NCBI RefSeq assembly: GCF_009914755.1
Contig: NC_060944.1
Direction: 5' to 3' (one strand)
DNA: 64,000 nucleotides
Source of the DNA: the human T2T-CHM13v2.0 reference genome, Homo sapiens
How positions within the stretch are numbered: position 1 is the first letter of the stretch; every line of letters starts with the position of its first letter. The position numbers and the translations under genes were made by a program. Positions 27,250 through 41,140 of this stretch are shown in pieces. The notes under the pieces were generated by a model. It saw nothing but the letters and a program-made list of their open reading frames with translations, searched no databases and had not been told where the DNA came from.

Positions 27250-27531
27250 AGTCAGATTCTGTCCCTGTTCTCAGCCAGCACTCTTCCCCTGCATGGGTGG
27301 GATTCTCTAAAGAGTGCTGTCTACACTGTCTCCCAGAGGTGCCCAGGGAGTCTGTGCCCCAGTGGCCCACACAGGTAACCTCAAACTCTCTGCTGGGCAC
27401 CCTATTGACTCCTTGCCTCCTCTGCCTTCCTTCCCCATCCCTACTGGTGTTTGTCAGGGTTACCTCCTGCTAAAATATCTGCCCTTGGATTCCTAGCCTT
27501 GGTCTGCTCCTGGGCTACCCAAATTAAGACA
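27250..27531 (+). mobile_element. LTR16-family ERVL LTR (3' part)
   Basis: ctcccagaggtgcccag...ccagtggcccacacaggtaac...ccctactggtgttt...ggtctgctcctggg..acccaaattaagaca. Confidence 0.75.
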
Positions 27532-27671
27532 TTTGTGGTTTGTGAAGTTGAGAATATGGGACTACTGACTAAAGCTTAAACTGAAATATGGAATACCATG
27601 TGTATGTGTCATTTCCAGGATGGCCATTAGCACAGACCAGGAGTGGTGCTAGACCCTGGGCGTGGGGACTC

Positions 27672-28116
27672 GATTCCTCGGGTTGTCACAACAAAGTATC
27701 AACAACTGAGTGACTTACAACAATGGAAATTTATTATACCATCTCACAGTTCTGGAGAGTAGAAGCTGGAAATCCAGGTGTGGGCAGGGCCATGCTCTCT
27801 TGGAAAGCTCTAGGGGAGGATCCTTCCTTGCCTGTTCTAGCTCCTGGTGTTTGATGGCAAGCCATGGCTTTCCTTGGCTTGCAGCTGTGTGGCTTCAGTC
27901 TCTGTCTCTGTGGTCACACAGTGTTCTCCACGCATCCCTCTGGGCTTCCCTCTTCGTATAAGGACACTAGTTGTATTGGATTAAGAGCCCACTCTACTCT
28001 GACCTCATTGTAGCTTAACTAATTACATATGCAGTAGTCCTGCTTCCAAATAAGGCCCCATTCTGAGGTCCCAGGAAGGACAGGGATCTTTGATGGACAC
28101 AATTCTATCCAGTGCA
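27672..28116 (-). mobile_element. MLT1C solo LTR
   Basis: ctcacagttctggag...gcagggccatgctc...ctctaggggaggatccttccttgcct...taaggacactag...ttccaaataagg. Confidence 0.85.
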
Positions 28117-28719
28117 GGATGCAAAGAGGAAGACATGGACAAGACCCTGCCTCAAGGTGCTTATAGACAACTGGGTGTGTATGCATGTATGTGCAGATAT
28201 TAACTAAACAAACAGAAGCCAATGAATAATTACAAAGATATAGACTTTTTAAAAAGGATACTCTGAGCTCACATGAGAAAGCAAGCTGGCCCAGCCTGAA
28301 GAGGTGAAGGCGAGAAAGTCCAGAAACCCAGGTGAAGGATAGGAGCAGCCGTGGGTGAACATCAGCAGGTGTTCACCTCCCACCTGAGGCCAGGCGCTCT
28401 GTTCTCACTGGCTGTGCATCGAAGTTATTTTAAAGGCCCTGGAAGGGCTGAGAGCCAGGGAGAGACAAGGGGCAGAAAGAAGAGAGCATGTGGAGTTTAG
28501 CAGGTGCACTGGATGGAGGATGGAGAAACACCCAGTTCAGTGACCTACATACAGCAAGATCAGCAAGATCTTCTAGGAGCTTCCAGGAGACACGCCCCAT
28601 CCTACAGATGGACTTAGTTCTATGAACACGGGGTCCAAGGAGGACCCACAGGCATCTGGGGATGCTAACATAGGGTGGCCTCTACAGAGCCCTTGCTGCA
28701 TCTGGTTTAGGTTGGCTCA

Positions 28720-29062
28720 GAGAGAAAGATGTCCAGAGTGGAGGTGAGGGGAGTGGAGAGAGGAATGGGAGGGCTAAAAGGGCAAGGGACCTGGAGAGAA
28801 AAGGAAGAGAGTGAGGAGAGAGGGAGATGGATGGATGGATGGGAAAGGAGAAGAAAAGGTAGAAGGCTGGATGGAGAAGATCTCTCTACAGACAAAGAAG
28901 ACGGGGAGGAAGAGTGAGGAGAGACGAGGGGAAAAAGAACTGAGGCAAGGGGAGAGAGAGAGGGTAAAGGAGGGAAAGACAGATATGGAGAAAGAAATGG
29001 AGACCTAGAGACAGAGACAGAGGTGGAGAGAGATGGAGAAATAGAGCGATAGGGAGAGGGAG
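28720..29062 (+). repeat. GA-rich (polypurine) low-complexity tract
   Basis: About 340 bp dominated by G/A runs. Confidence 0.85.
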
Positions 29063-30399
29063 ATTTCTTTCAGGAGAGCAGAGTGCGCTCCCTATCTGGA
29101 GCCTGAAGAATGGCTCTGCTCCTCCTGCTTTCTTCCTCCCACCCTTTCACCTCCCTTTTCGCTCTGGAACATTCCCTGAGGTCCCCTAATGCACTTAACT
29201 ATTGCCTTGCTAACCAAGGCCTACACTTGCTGGCTGAAAACCACGTCAGTGGTTTCACCCAGAAAAACCACGTTCAGCATTCAGCTTCCAACAATAAGTG
29301 GCATAAGTAATAGCATGGGACCCCCTTTGCTGGAGGGGCTTCCTGACAATTTGTTCTCTCTGCGATGTTGAGACTGATTGCCTGGGAAAGACAATGAAAT
29401 CACACAGGAAGTCCTATTATTGGGGTGAACCGTGTGACTCACTGGCTGCACAGTGGTGCATGGGGCATGGGGCGTTATTTGGGACTCTCTGGGAAGCATT
29501 AGATATGAAATTACTTTGCATGATGCAGCTCAGACGTGAATAGTGCAATGCTCAGGACTACATGATTCAGTGAGAAAATATAAATGGAAAATTACTGGAG
29601 CTGAAATTTTATTGCAAAGTTATTTATCTTTGTTATTACTTTCTGAATCCTTTTGTGCTTTTTGTTCACAGCGATGGATAGAGGCACTCTTACTTACACT
29701 TTAAGTAGAGATTAGGAGGGGAAAATATTCCTCGCTGTACCACAAAATACAGATTAAGTCTCAGCTCAGGCCTCTGATTTCACCCATTACAATGAAATGT
29801 CTACAAACTGAAATAATAACAATAAAAAAATTTTGTAGTCTTTTCCGCAGACAGTTCACATGGCTTCCTACTGATTCCATTTAGCCTTTCTTATTAGAAT
29901 ATTAATGGCAAAAATAGAGCTCTGATGGAGACGTGCCTGGGATTTCATAATTGCACGGACTCCAGCTTGTAACCCAGGTATTCAGAAGATGGGGCTGGGA
30001 ATTTTGTTGAATCAGACCCGTAAGATAACACCAAAATCAATAATCTAAATAGCCACCCTTTACTTTTTCAAAGAGCTCTATTATGTTTAGGATTGTCACC
30101 AATATTCTCTTCTTTGATTATTTTTTAAACTGTATATGGTTTTTATTAAAAGAAAAACTAATTTTGCTTATAAAATAAAAATATGCATTGCAAAATATAT
30201 GTATACATAAACATACACATTTAAGAGAGTTTTAACAAAAGATTTTCTGTTTTTACATTATTATCATGCAAGAATTTGCTACTGTATTCAGAGAGAAAGA
30301 AATAAGAGTTTTCCTTTTCTCTTCTCTGGTTTTTACAGTCATGCCGTGAGGGCCCAGAGACTGTGTCACTGTTGTGATGATAGAGTGCAGGGCCCTTCA

Positions 30400-30527
30400 A
30401 AGGGAGGTCTGTGGGCCAGCAGCACCCAAGGTAACCCTGGGGAGCTTGTCAGAAGAATTCAAAATGTGCCTCCTCGGCCCCCACCCTGGACCTGTGTGGT
30501 GGGGCCCAGGAATCTGTGTTTTAACAA
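30400..30527. mobile_element. MER5-type MITE fragment
   Basis: gggccagcagcac...ctggggagcttgtcagaa...gtggggcccaggaatctgtgttttaacaa. Confidence 0.6.
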
Positions 30528-30696
30528 TGGGTTCAAGGTGGACATGCTTGGATACAGAGGCCTTTTCACTGGTAGATGTTGCCACTAGGTGGGAATTAGG
30601 ATATTGTGTCTGGAGTCAAATTGCCTGGGTTCAAACCTCAGCCCCACCACTCTGTCCCTTAACTCTGTGGTATCAGGTAAGTTATTTTTTTCACTT

Positions 30697-31149
<453 letters not shown>

Positions 31150-31379
31150 TAATTCAACACATCTTTCACACATGGGCCAATTTGCTGGTCTAAGTTAAAT
31201 TGGAGTGACAAGGACAGCTGCTTAAAGAGTGAGTTCTAAAGCCCCAGGAATTAGGTGATGTCTTGAGCTGGGGTGAAGCAAGGCAAGTGGGATGGGGAGA
31301 GATGGCTGGCTTCTGCAGGAGTGAGGCTAAGGGAGGAAGGCAGGGCTGCCCGGCAGCCCGCATGTTCCAGAAGAGGCCA

Positions 31380-31968
<589 letters not shown>

Positions 31969-31993
31969 TCAGACCATTTTTCTAGAGATGGTG

Positions 31994-32234
31994 AAATTGC
32001 CCCTTACATGAATCAAGCAATAGATAAAAATATTGGTCCAGTGTTTGGGGAGAATGGTAGGATGTTCTCTGGCTGAGCTCTCTCTTTCCTTCTCTCTCTC
32101 TCTCTCTCTCTTCCTTTCCTTCTCCTTTCTCACTCTCTCTTCTCCCCATTTCCACTCTCTCCACTAGGTTCTCTTCTCTCTCTGTCTCCCTCTCACCCTC
32201 TTTGTCACTGGGCTCTCTTTACGTGTTGCTTTTC
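31994..32234 (+). repeat. Older local duplication copy A, including a CT-rich tract
   Basis: Shares collinear blocks with 34294-34491. Confidence 0.85.
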
Positions 32235-32433
32235 TAGAGAAGTAATCCCAACATAAGGTATATTGAGAAGTTTTCAATGGTTTTCCTCTCAGAACCCTGT
32301 TCATGGGGTCTAGCAGGGCATGCACCCCAAGAATCCTAATTCTTGGAATTTTAAATACTAACATTTGGGGATGAAGGCCTTGTTTCTGTGCTATCAAACA
32401 AATAATATTTCTGTGAACACACACAGATGCATG

Positions 32434-32460
32434 CCCCCCCCCCCCCCCACACACACACAC
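32434..32460 (+). repeat. C15 homopolymer plus (AC)6
   Basis: Read directly from the sequence. Confidence 0.95.
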
Positions 32461-32556
32461 CCCACTCCAGTACTTACATGCACGTCCACCTTCTTCCAGA
32501 AGGAGGAAAGGAAAGGGAAGGAAGCTTTTTCTCCATTGCCCAAAGTCTTTGATATT

Positions 32557-32908
32557 TGTATTAGTCTGTTCTCACACTGCTATAAAGAACTGCCCAAGGT
32601 GGGATAATTCATAAAGGAAAAAGGTGTAATTGACTTGCAGTTCCGCATGGCTGGGGAGGCCTCAGGACGCTTACAATCACAGTGGAATGCACCTCTTCAC
32701 AGGGCAGCAGGAGACAGAATGAGCGCCGAGCAAAGGGGGAAGCCCCTTATAAAATCATTATATGAGAACTCACTCACCATCACAATAACAGCATAAGGGA
32801 AACCAGCCCCATGATTCAATTATCTCCACCTGGTCCCTCCCTTGACATGAGGGGATTATTACAATTCAAGGTGATATTTGGGTGGGGACACAGAGCTAAA
32901 CCACATCA
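32557..32908 (-). mobile_element. THE1 (THE1C/D-like) solo LTR with perfect 5-bp TSD
   Basis: ATATT|tgtattagtctgttctcacactgctataaag...gggtggggacacagagctaaaccacatca|ATATT. Confidence 0.93.
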
Positions 32909-33329
32909 ATATTGATTCCTTATTTACTGATTTTCTAATTTCCTAGAATTCATCTGGGCCTTGTACTGTCTTTTGGTGCAGGTTTAACCACAGTCTTGAC
33001 TGTGTTAGGAAGTCTCCTGATGCCATGGACTCAGCCTTGCAAAAATGGTCTCCTCTGTATTTTATCCAGTTCTTTAGAGTAGGTAGGGAATTTTATTGAT
33101 TGAAACATCTTTATAAAAAGACTCTTCTCCTTCCATCCCTCCTCTGAAACACATTTCTTTCTCTTGACATTTCATAAATTTCTGGTTATGTTTAGTAATA
33201 ATAGCAAGAATAGCAGTGATGATAGCAGTAGAGTTGTAGTAATTGATCCATATGCTAAAATTTTATGATGTCTCACATTTTTCTTTAACGTGTATAAACT
33301 CACTGATTCTTTGGGAAGTCACTCAGTGG

Positions 33330-33762
33330 GTTTGGGACGAGGCTAACTGCCCTTGTCTTCCCATCAAGGGAGCTGTCACTCAGACAAGTTCAATCAGCAC
33401 AGGCCATCCCCTGGCCTTGGGATTTGTGTAAGGATGAGAATGAGACCCCAAATGCCCCATAAGAATAGATCATGTGGGTGGGGTGGGAGAAAAGGTCTCC
33501 TGCTGTGAGATCAGAACTGTAAACTTCATGGAAGCAGGGGCTTTGTGCTTGTCCCTCCTTCTTATGGAGAAAGACTGTCTGGACATGAGGTGATCCCCAA
33601 GAAAGCAATCGAGGGGACATGTCAAGAACATTTGAACACAGAGTCAGCCTCGCTTCATTTCCATATGTCTCATGAAATTCCATTTACATGAGCTAGCATT
33701 TTTTTTCTATAACTCAGATTGAGTTCAGTTTTGTCATTTGCAGTCAGAGTCTTGGTAGTACA
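33330..33762 (+). mobile_element. Old MaLR LTR (MLT1J/K-like)
   Basis: 3' end ttacatgagc...cagattgagttcagttttgtcatttgcag...gagtcttggtagtaca. Confidence 0.55.
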
Positions 33763-33904
33763 ATTACTATGGCCATTTCGTTGATAGCAAGCTACAGATG
33801 ACAGAGCCGAGGTCGTCTCCTCCAGGTCCCAGAGCTGCTATGTGGCTGAGCTGCAGTTCAGAGCCAGGGTGACTCAGCTTGCAAGCCTGTGCTCCTCACC
33901 TCCG

Positions 33905-34090
33905 TGGCATGCTTCTCCCAGGCTGGCACTGAATCACCGGAAGGACTCCTTAAGACATGGATAGGGGATCCACCCCAGAGGTCCTGAATCAGCAAGTCTG
34001 GGGAGGAGACTGAGAATTGACTTTTCTATCAAGTTCCCCAGTGATGCTGATGCTGCTGGTGTGCGTACCACGTTCTGGAACCTCCGCTCC
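33905..34090. mobile_element. MER5A MITE
   Basis: gaatcacc...caccccagagg..ctgaatcagcaagtctgggg...caagttccccagtgatgctgatgctgctggt. Confidence 0.75.
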
Positions 34091-34293
34091 CTGCTCTAGG
34101 GCCTTCTGGGTGGAGCCCTAGAGCTGAGCTCCCAGCTGTGGGCATGGCAGGCACTGAAGAGTGTTGCTTTAGGGTAATGTGTTAACAGTCTAAGAAGGTG
34201 CGTGGTGAGTAGGCTGACCATTTCTCTCTCTTATTGAACAAAATATTGCTAAGCCCTGGATTTTCTCAGCTGTAAATCACTGAAATCTGAATA

Positions 34294-34491
34294 AAATTAC
34301 CCCTACAATGAATCAATCAATAGATTAAAATATTGGCCCAGTGTTCAGGAAGGACTGAAGGATGCTCATTGAGCTCTCTCTTTCCTTCTCTCTCTCTTTT
34401 CTCCCCACCCACACTCCCTCCCCCGTGTTCTCTTCTCCATCTTTCCACTGTCCCCCTCTCCTTTGCTGGGCTCTCTTTATGCATTGCTCTT
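34294..34491 (+). repeat. Older local duplication copy B
   Basis: Collinear with 31994-32234 (35/38 identity in the first block). Confidence 0.85.
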
Positions 34492-34727
34492 ACTCTGTAC
34501 CAGCACAGGTGGGCTCTTGGCATGTGACAGGGCAGCCAGCCAGGCAGCTCTGTGCTGTGGGGTGATCTTCTCTGGCGGCTCCGACAGACACACGTGCAAG
34601 AGGAGACTCTGAATAACTGGGCCTTAGCTTGGATGCACCTCAGTCATGCTGTGGGCAGAGAGAGCCTATGTCACCAGAAAAAAGGAGAGGGCTGGAGAAA
34701 CATGCTGGAAAGACAAACAGCAAAAAC

Positions 34728-35183
34728 ATTTTCCTGGATCATCCTGGCCCAATGTAACCATGAGTCATTAAAACTGGAGGAAGGTGGAAGAGTGCTCAGA
34801 GGGTTGAGACAGGAGAGGAAGGAGAAGAGATTCAAAGCATGAAGAGACTCAGCACTGCTGGCTGGGATGATGGAGGAAGGGGGCTACAAGCCAAGAAGTG
34901 TAGGCTCCCTTTAGACACTGGGCAGGGCCCGCAGCTGACATCAAGGAGACAGGACTTTGGTCTTGCAACAGTGAGGAAATGTGTTCCACTCACGCAGTGA
35001 GCAGGCAAGGAAGCAGGTTCTCTCCAGAGCCTCTAGAGAGAAACCACAGCCCTAAGACACCTTGATTTTGGCCCCGTGAGACCTATGCCAGCCCTCTTAC
35101 TGCCGCAGGGTGAGATAGGAAATTGGTGGTGTTTCAGTCACTGAATTTGTGGCAATGGGTTATAGCAACAATGGAAAACTACG
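34728..35183 (+). mobile_element. MLT1E-type solo LTR
   Basis: agagattcaaagcatga...gcagctgaca...cagagcctctagagagaaaccacagcc...caccttgatttt...tttgtggcaatgggttatagcaacaatggaaaacta. Confidence 0.8.
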
Positions 35184-38100
35184 GAAGAACCAAATACCCC
35201 AGCTGTATCAAATTAAGAGACATAAGCCCTGTTGCAAACCCTGGCTCATTGCCTCACCTGCAGGGTCCGTCGTCCTCCCTGAGGTGCAGTTTCCTTGCCT
35301 TTAAAATAGAAATAACAGCACAACCAACCTCCCAGGTTGCTCTTTTAATTGAATAACATTATTCTTGTAAGGCACCCAGCACATACTAGCTGTTCAATAA
35401 TTGTTAAATTATGAAGAAGAACCAAGAGAAAAAAAGAGAGAGAAAGAAGCTCCTTTGATATTTTTTGGACTTTTAAAAATAAACTGGGTCAAAAAGAAAT
35501 ACAGCTTAAATATATGTTGCAGACTAATTCAGTTTTGAAGTCTTTTGAGAGCTTTTATATTTTCATCTCTATAAAATTGTAGAGTGCCTGAAAATACTCC
35601 AAAATACATTAAAATTTCATTAGAAGGTGCTGTATGGGGCCACACCTTATTTTTCTTGAAAGGAAAGGAATGTGAAGGGGAGGGAACCAGAAACACATAA
35701 TTTCAAAATTCCACTTCCAAATGCATCTATTTTTTGACATTTAAAATCGCAAACAGATTCAAATGCCTTGGCTATAGTGTCACAGCAAGTTGAAAACCAA
35801 GCACATTAACATGGAATTATTTCTGTATTAAAAGGTTAACCTTGTCGGTGCTCAAATGTGCTTGCTTCCCATTTCATATGGCTGGGTGTGTGGTTTTTCT
35901 CCTGCATTACATTTCCCTATCACACAAAACAGCCTTGACCCAACTCTTTTATTTTTGCTCGACTTCCCTGTCTTTTAGGATGGACATAAAACCTTGGAGT
36001 CTTGGGGTTGGAGTCCTGTATACACCGTCTACCAGGTGGGGCCGTGGGCTGGTTATTCAGCCTCTGTGATTCTCCCTGCTGGCACCTGTAAAGTGGGGAC
36101 AACAGTGGAACTATCTGACTGATTGAGTGGTTGGAGGATGGGACAAGAGAACCCCGAGAATGCACTTGGCAGAGTAGCCCCTGAAACTCACAGGCTATAA
36201 GTGTTCTCATCGCCTCCACTCACCCCCTTAACAGTTCTAGTGCCGAGTATCCAACCCAGGCTGGTGTTTATTCACTCCAGCGTCACATAAGTAATGTCAT
36301 TCAAGGTCTCTGGATCTTATCCGCCTGTCTTTTACTTCTCAGCTCCTAGGTGCTCTGCCCATTGATTTGTTGCTGCTATTCTAGGAGGGTGTACATTCAA
36401 AAATATTTATCATTCTTCCCCTGCCCACCCTACCACCCACGCCTTGACTGTCCAGGGATGAGGGTTTATTCTCAAATCATTGGTCGGGGCCAAGCCCACA
36501 CACATGCAGTATGGAATCGTCCTTTACTCATTGGTTTATTAACAGAAAATCATTTTCTAACTCACTATTACAATAACAATGATTATTGCAATTGAATTGC
36601 AATTCAAGGTGTCTTCCAGTGTTTCAATGGTTATTTTTATTTCGCAGTTGCCAGTATTGCTAATAACTCATAAGGGGTTACAGTCATCACCCACTCCTAT
36701 TAGCTTCAAGGTGTCTGCAGCAGATGCAGGGAGGCAGGAGTTCTTGCGGGGCAGAGGGGCTTTAGCAATCCCCTTGTCTGAGTCTCATCCAGGGAGTCAG
36801 CTTCTGTTTGATTCCTGTACTCGTCCCCCTGCCACTTCCACCTGTCCAAGGCTTCTGAGGAGCTGTCTGGTACGGAGGCACCTCAGACCCGCCAGGACGT
36901 TCTGTCTGACTTGACGTCTGACTTGACATCTGCCCTTTGTTCTGAGGGGCCAAGGTCAGGCAGTGGAAGGAGAGCTGGCTGCCTGCCTCTCTGCACAGGG
37001 AGGCTGAGTCTACTTCAGACCACCTGTCTCCAAAGCTCAGACCACTTAAGATGTGAACACAGAAAACCTGCAAGAACCTTTCTGAGGGGATGTGGGGTCT
37101 CTGAGTTGGGATTTCTCTCGAGATAAGGATTTGAGTGATTGAAGGAAACACCAGTTAGAGAGTGGGGAAGGGAGACAGGGACTGAAGGAGGTTGCATCCT
37201 TGAAGGTGCATCCTCAAGCTATACTCCATGAGGCAACTGACCCCACTTGCAGCCTTTGTGGCACCATGAGGGAAGTGGAGAAAATGTCTCTGCACTGTCC
37301 TGAGAGAGGTGTGGGAAAGCAAGGGCTCATCTGCAGCCTCCACCCATCCTGGGCCAAGGCTGCTCCCATTACCCATTCTGGACTCAGAGCTGCAAGTGCC
37401 CCCCAGGTAGCAGCCTTCCGTGTTTTGAGGAGGCTCCTCACCCTTCTCCAGCCAGCTTCTTTCTTCAGCCTGATGCTTGGGGCTCCTGGCAACTTGAGGT
37501 CCGACCTCCTGGCTGTAGTGGTGGCAGTGACAGAGAGAGGGCTTAACAGAATCTCCATGTAGGAAAGAATCTTAAAGGGTGAGCATTAGGTATGTAAAGG
37601 GAGGGTGTTTACTGCAAACTGCAGGTGCACTGATGCCCATGTATGTCTGCAGCCACTGTCATTCCTACCTGGAGAGAGCTCAGGAGAGAGATGGTCAGGA
37701 CAGAAGTCCGTCTGTGGCTGAGTCAGTACCTCAGGTGGGAAGAAGCTGATGGAATCCTTCTTGGGCAGCTCCTGCCCCTCTCCAGCCTAACTGTAAGCAG
37801 TTTGGAGCCCCAGCACTGGCCGGGGGCGGGGAGGGGGGCGGTTCATTTTCTCCTTACGTCCATCTGGAGCTCCCTGAAAATGCTGACAGGAAGGTACAGG
37901 ATGTTGCAGTCCCTGCTGGGCTGGGGCAGCCCAGTGTGGCCTCTCCAGGTGGAGTTCCAGGCTGCCGTGCAGTCAGGTGGGAGAGGAAGTCTAGGTGGAT
38001 GGATGGGGCCATGGCTTCGAGCTGGTGGACAGGCACCTGGTAAGAACTCCTATTAGGACACTCAGAAATTTCTGGGGCCACTTTGAGGATCCTCATTTCA

Positions 38101-38242
38101 TCAATCAGGCCAGTAGGTAGATACTAGTGGAGGGTGTCTACCCACCACCAGGGGGTCAGCCTACCCATTAGCAAACACAGGGAAAGTCCAGTTGATGGAC
38201 AGGCTGTAGAGTAACAAGCCTCAAGATTAAGGAATTGTTTCA

Positions 38243-38665
38243 TATTAAAAGGAGACTAAAGAGATGAGAACTAAATGCACCAAGTGATCTTGGATGGATC
38301 CTGTGCAGGAAAAAAATCCTATCAAGGACATTATTGGGACAATTGACAAAATTGGAATACGATCTATCATTTAGATTTTTGTATTAATGTTATATTTTCT
38401 GAAGTTAGTGACTGTGCTGAAAATATGTAATAAGTCTTGTTCTTAGAGTGTAGACACTGAACATCATGGAGAAATGGGCACGGTGGGTGCCACCTGCCTA
38501 AAAATGACTCCGAAACGCAAGCTTGCACACACACACGTGCACACGTATGGAAAACTAGGCAAAATGTTAAAAATTAGTGAATCTGGGTAAAAGGTGTATT
38601 GGAGATCTTTGTACTATTCTTGCAAATTCTTTTATAACTTTGAAAATAATTTCAAAATAAAACAT
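38243..38665 (+). mobile_element. L1MC4-like 3' end
   Basis: ggagactaaagaga...aggacattattgggacaattgacaaaattggaata...gtgaatctgggtaaaagg...tactattcttgcaa...caaaataaaa. Confidence 0.82.
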
Positions 38666-38686
38666 TTCTTAAAAAGGTATTTTGAA

Positions 38687-39012
<326 letters not shown>

Positions 39013-40389
39013 TTAGGCCAGAATAGCACACCCATAGGTGCACACACAGGATTGTCTCCCTGAAGGTAAACAGCCCCCTGCCCCCATTACTCCTACCCCC
39101 ACCCCACCCCCTCACCGAGCGTGGTTCATGGAGCACCCAGGCAACCCCACTGCAGACGCCAGCATTCGGGTGCATCCACTCAGGAACTCTGATTTGGGAC
39201 TCATGCTTGAAACAGCCAATTGCGTTTTTTTCTGTCTTTATCCTCTTATTCCACGTGACCTCTTTTGCTGTTTGCTCTGAAGCTGACCCTTACTGAGCCC
39301 CAAGGCCCTTCCAAGTGAATCATGACTGTGTCACATGGCCTGTATTTTAAGCCAGATTCTTGCTAACATACTCGCAAAATTGGGTGAAAATTTATCCGGT
39401 CCTTTTGGCATGATGTCATGAAAGAAACTTAATTTTTTTGCTAGAGTGAGCCTGTCAGGCAGGGCCAAGGAGGTTACAGGAAGGGTATGGCTCACCCACA
39501 GACCCTCCTGGGGAAGCCAATATCCAAAATGCCCAGGCACAGGAACTGTTAGGTCACTTTCATCAGTGAGAGGGATGGGCAGAGGGCCAAGCACTCACCC
39601 TCAGAGCCAGAGACATTGCCCCGAGGCACCTTTATATTAGAAAACGACAGGAAATAGAACAGTGCCACACAGGCAAAGCATCTGTCCATTGTGATCAAAT
39701 CAGGTGCAAAGTATAAGAAATGAGAGGACCCTGTGATGTTGCTGGGGTCTTCCTTTCTCAGTATCTCCTTGAAGCTGAGGTCCAGGAGGGGCTGGGTCTG
39801 GCTGGAAGAAGGATTTGCAAGAGAAGGAAATCTACCCCCAACCCCCAGAGGAAAGAGGGTGCTCCCCGTGGTGCACAGTGGCAGCAGCTGGAATTAGGGC
39901 AGGCAGTGTAAGGCTGCTGCAGACACAGAAACTGAAAACACACAAGGACACTCCCAGGGATTCATAAACACACCAGCCAGGTGTCCTCTCCACAGCCCAT
40001 TTGCAGCTGGCAGAAAAACCCTCCCAATCTGCAGGGAGGAGCTTCACAGGGACCCTGGAGAGAATGTTGTGCTTCAGCGAGTTCACATAAAATCATCTCT
40101 GACGGTGTTGAGGAAAGGTGAGCAGGGGACTGGCCACCCTATATTAGGTTTGTAAAATTTTAATATTATTCCTTTTAATTTGTGAAGTCAATATTTTCTT
40201 TTCTCTGTGCTGGGAAAGGCTGCGCCGTGGGGGCCGACTCAGGGTCCTCTCCTCGCTGGGAGGCCATGGCCTCTTATGTCTTATTCACTGGCCTCCTGGC
40301 AGACTCATAATGAGCCCACGGACCTGCTGTGGAATGAAGCCAAAGCTGTGAGTGTGTCTGGGTGACTTATTCTCCTCTCCCAGTGCCAG

Positions 40390-40950
40390 GGAACTTTGGT
40401 CTCTCAGTCACTCATGGATTCAGCAGATACTTCGGAGCAGCTGTTATGGACCAGGTGCTCATAGCTCTCACATCACTAGGTACTGAGGTGAGAGCTGTGA
40501 GTAGAATGGCAAAGTCCCCACCCTGGGGGGCTCACATTCCAGCCAGGAGATGCACAGGAAATAAGGGAGCAGACAGCCCCACGGGGTGTGCTGTGAGATG
40601 CCAGCTATGATGATGAAGCCGCTCAGGGCTGGAGCGGGTGGCTGGAGATTAGGTGGGTCAAGGTCTTCGGGAAAACTGCAAGGCCACCTGAGCCCAGGGG
40701 ACAGGTGCCTTCAGATGAATTAGGGGTCAGGGAGTGGGAGCAGTGGAGGAGGACCTGGGATGTGGGAAACAGTGGGAGGAGCACAGCCTGTGGGGCTCAG
40801 GAAGGGTTTTGGGTTGCATCTGAGTGACAGGAGAAATGGGTTTGGAGATAGAGTAATGACATGGTCAGAGCCGTGTTTTTATAAGGAGCTTCTGATGGTG
40901 AGCAGAGATGGGGTCTGGGGTCAAGGACAGAAGCAGAGGGATGAGGCACT
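40390..40950 (-). mobile_element. L2 3' region
   Basis: attcagcagatactt...ccaggtgc...caaagtccccaccctggggggctcacattccag...gagtaatgacatggtcag. Confidence 0.65.
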
Positions 40951-41140
40951 CAGTATCAAAGCCAGTCAAATCATTAGAATGACCCTACTTGAATTCAGTG
41001 TCTGTGATCCTCAATGGCTGCCCAGACTGAGCTGTGCGAGGCAGAGTGTCCCTGTTCCTTATCTGTCCCCATGAGTGGTCATGGTATTGGTGACAGCGGG
41101 AAGCAGCCAACACTTAGGGGGTACTCTTGATGGGCTAGAC

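Noticed and set aside
28729-29008. Glu/Arg/Gly-rich ORFs
   Set aside because: Products of the GA-rich low-complexity tract.
31994-34491. Reading the two duplicated blocks as paired LTRs of a provirus
   Set aside because: No TG...CA termini, TSD, PBS or PPT; the interval holds unrelated THE1, MLT1, MIR and MER5A elements.
35832-35843. 12-bp perfect palindrome AAGGTTAACCTT
   Set aside because: Several palindromes of this length are expected by chance in 64 kb.
37820-37842. GC box / G-rich run as a promoter
   Set aside because: Isolated, with no CpG island or other promoter features.
38143-38160. CCACCAGGGGGTCA CTCF-like word (also CCACTAGGTGGGAA at ~30582)
   Set aside because: Mismatches in the 3' GGCRS part; too weak to call.
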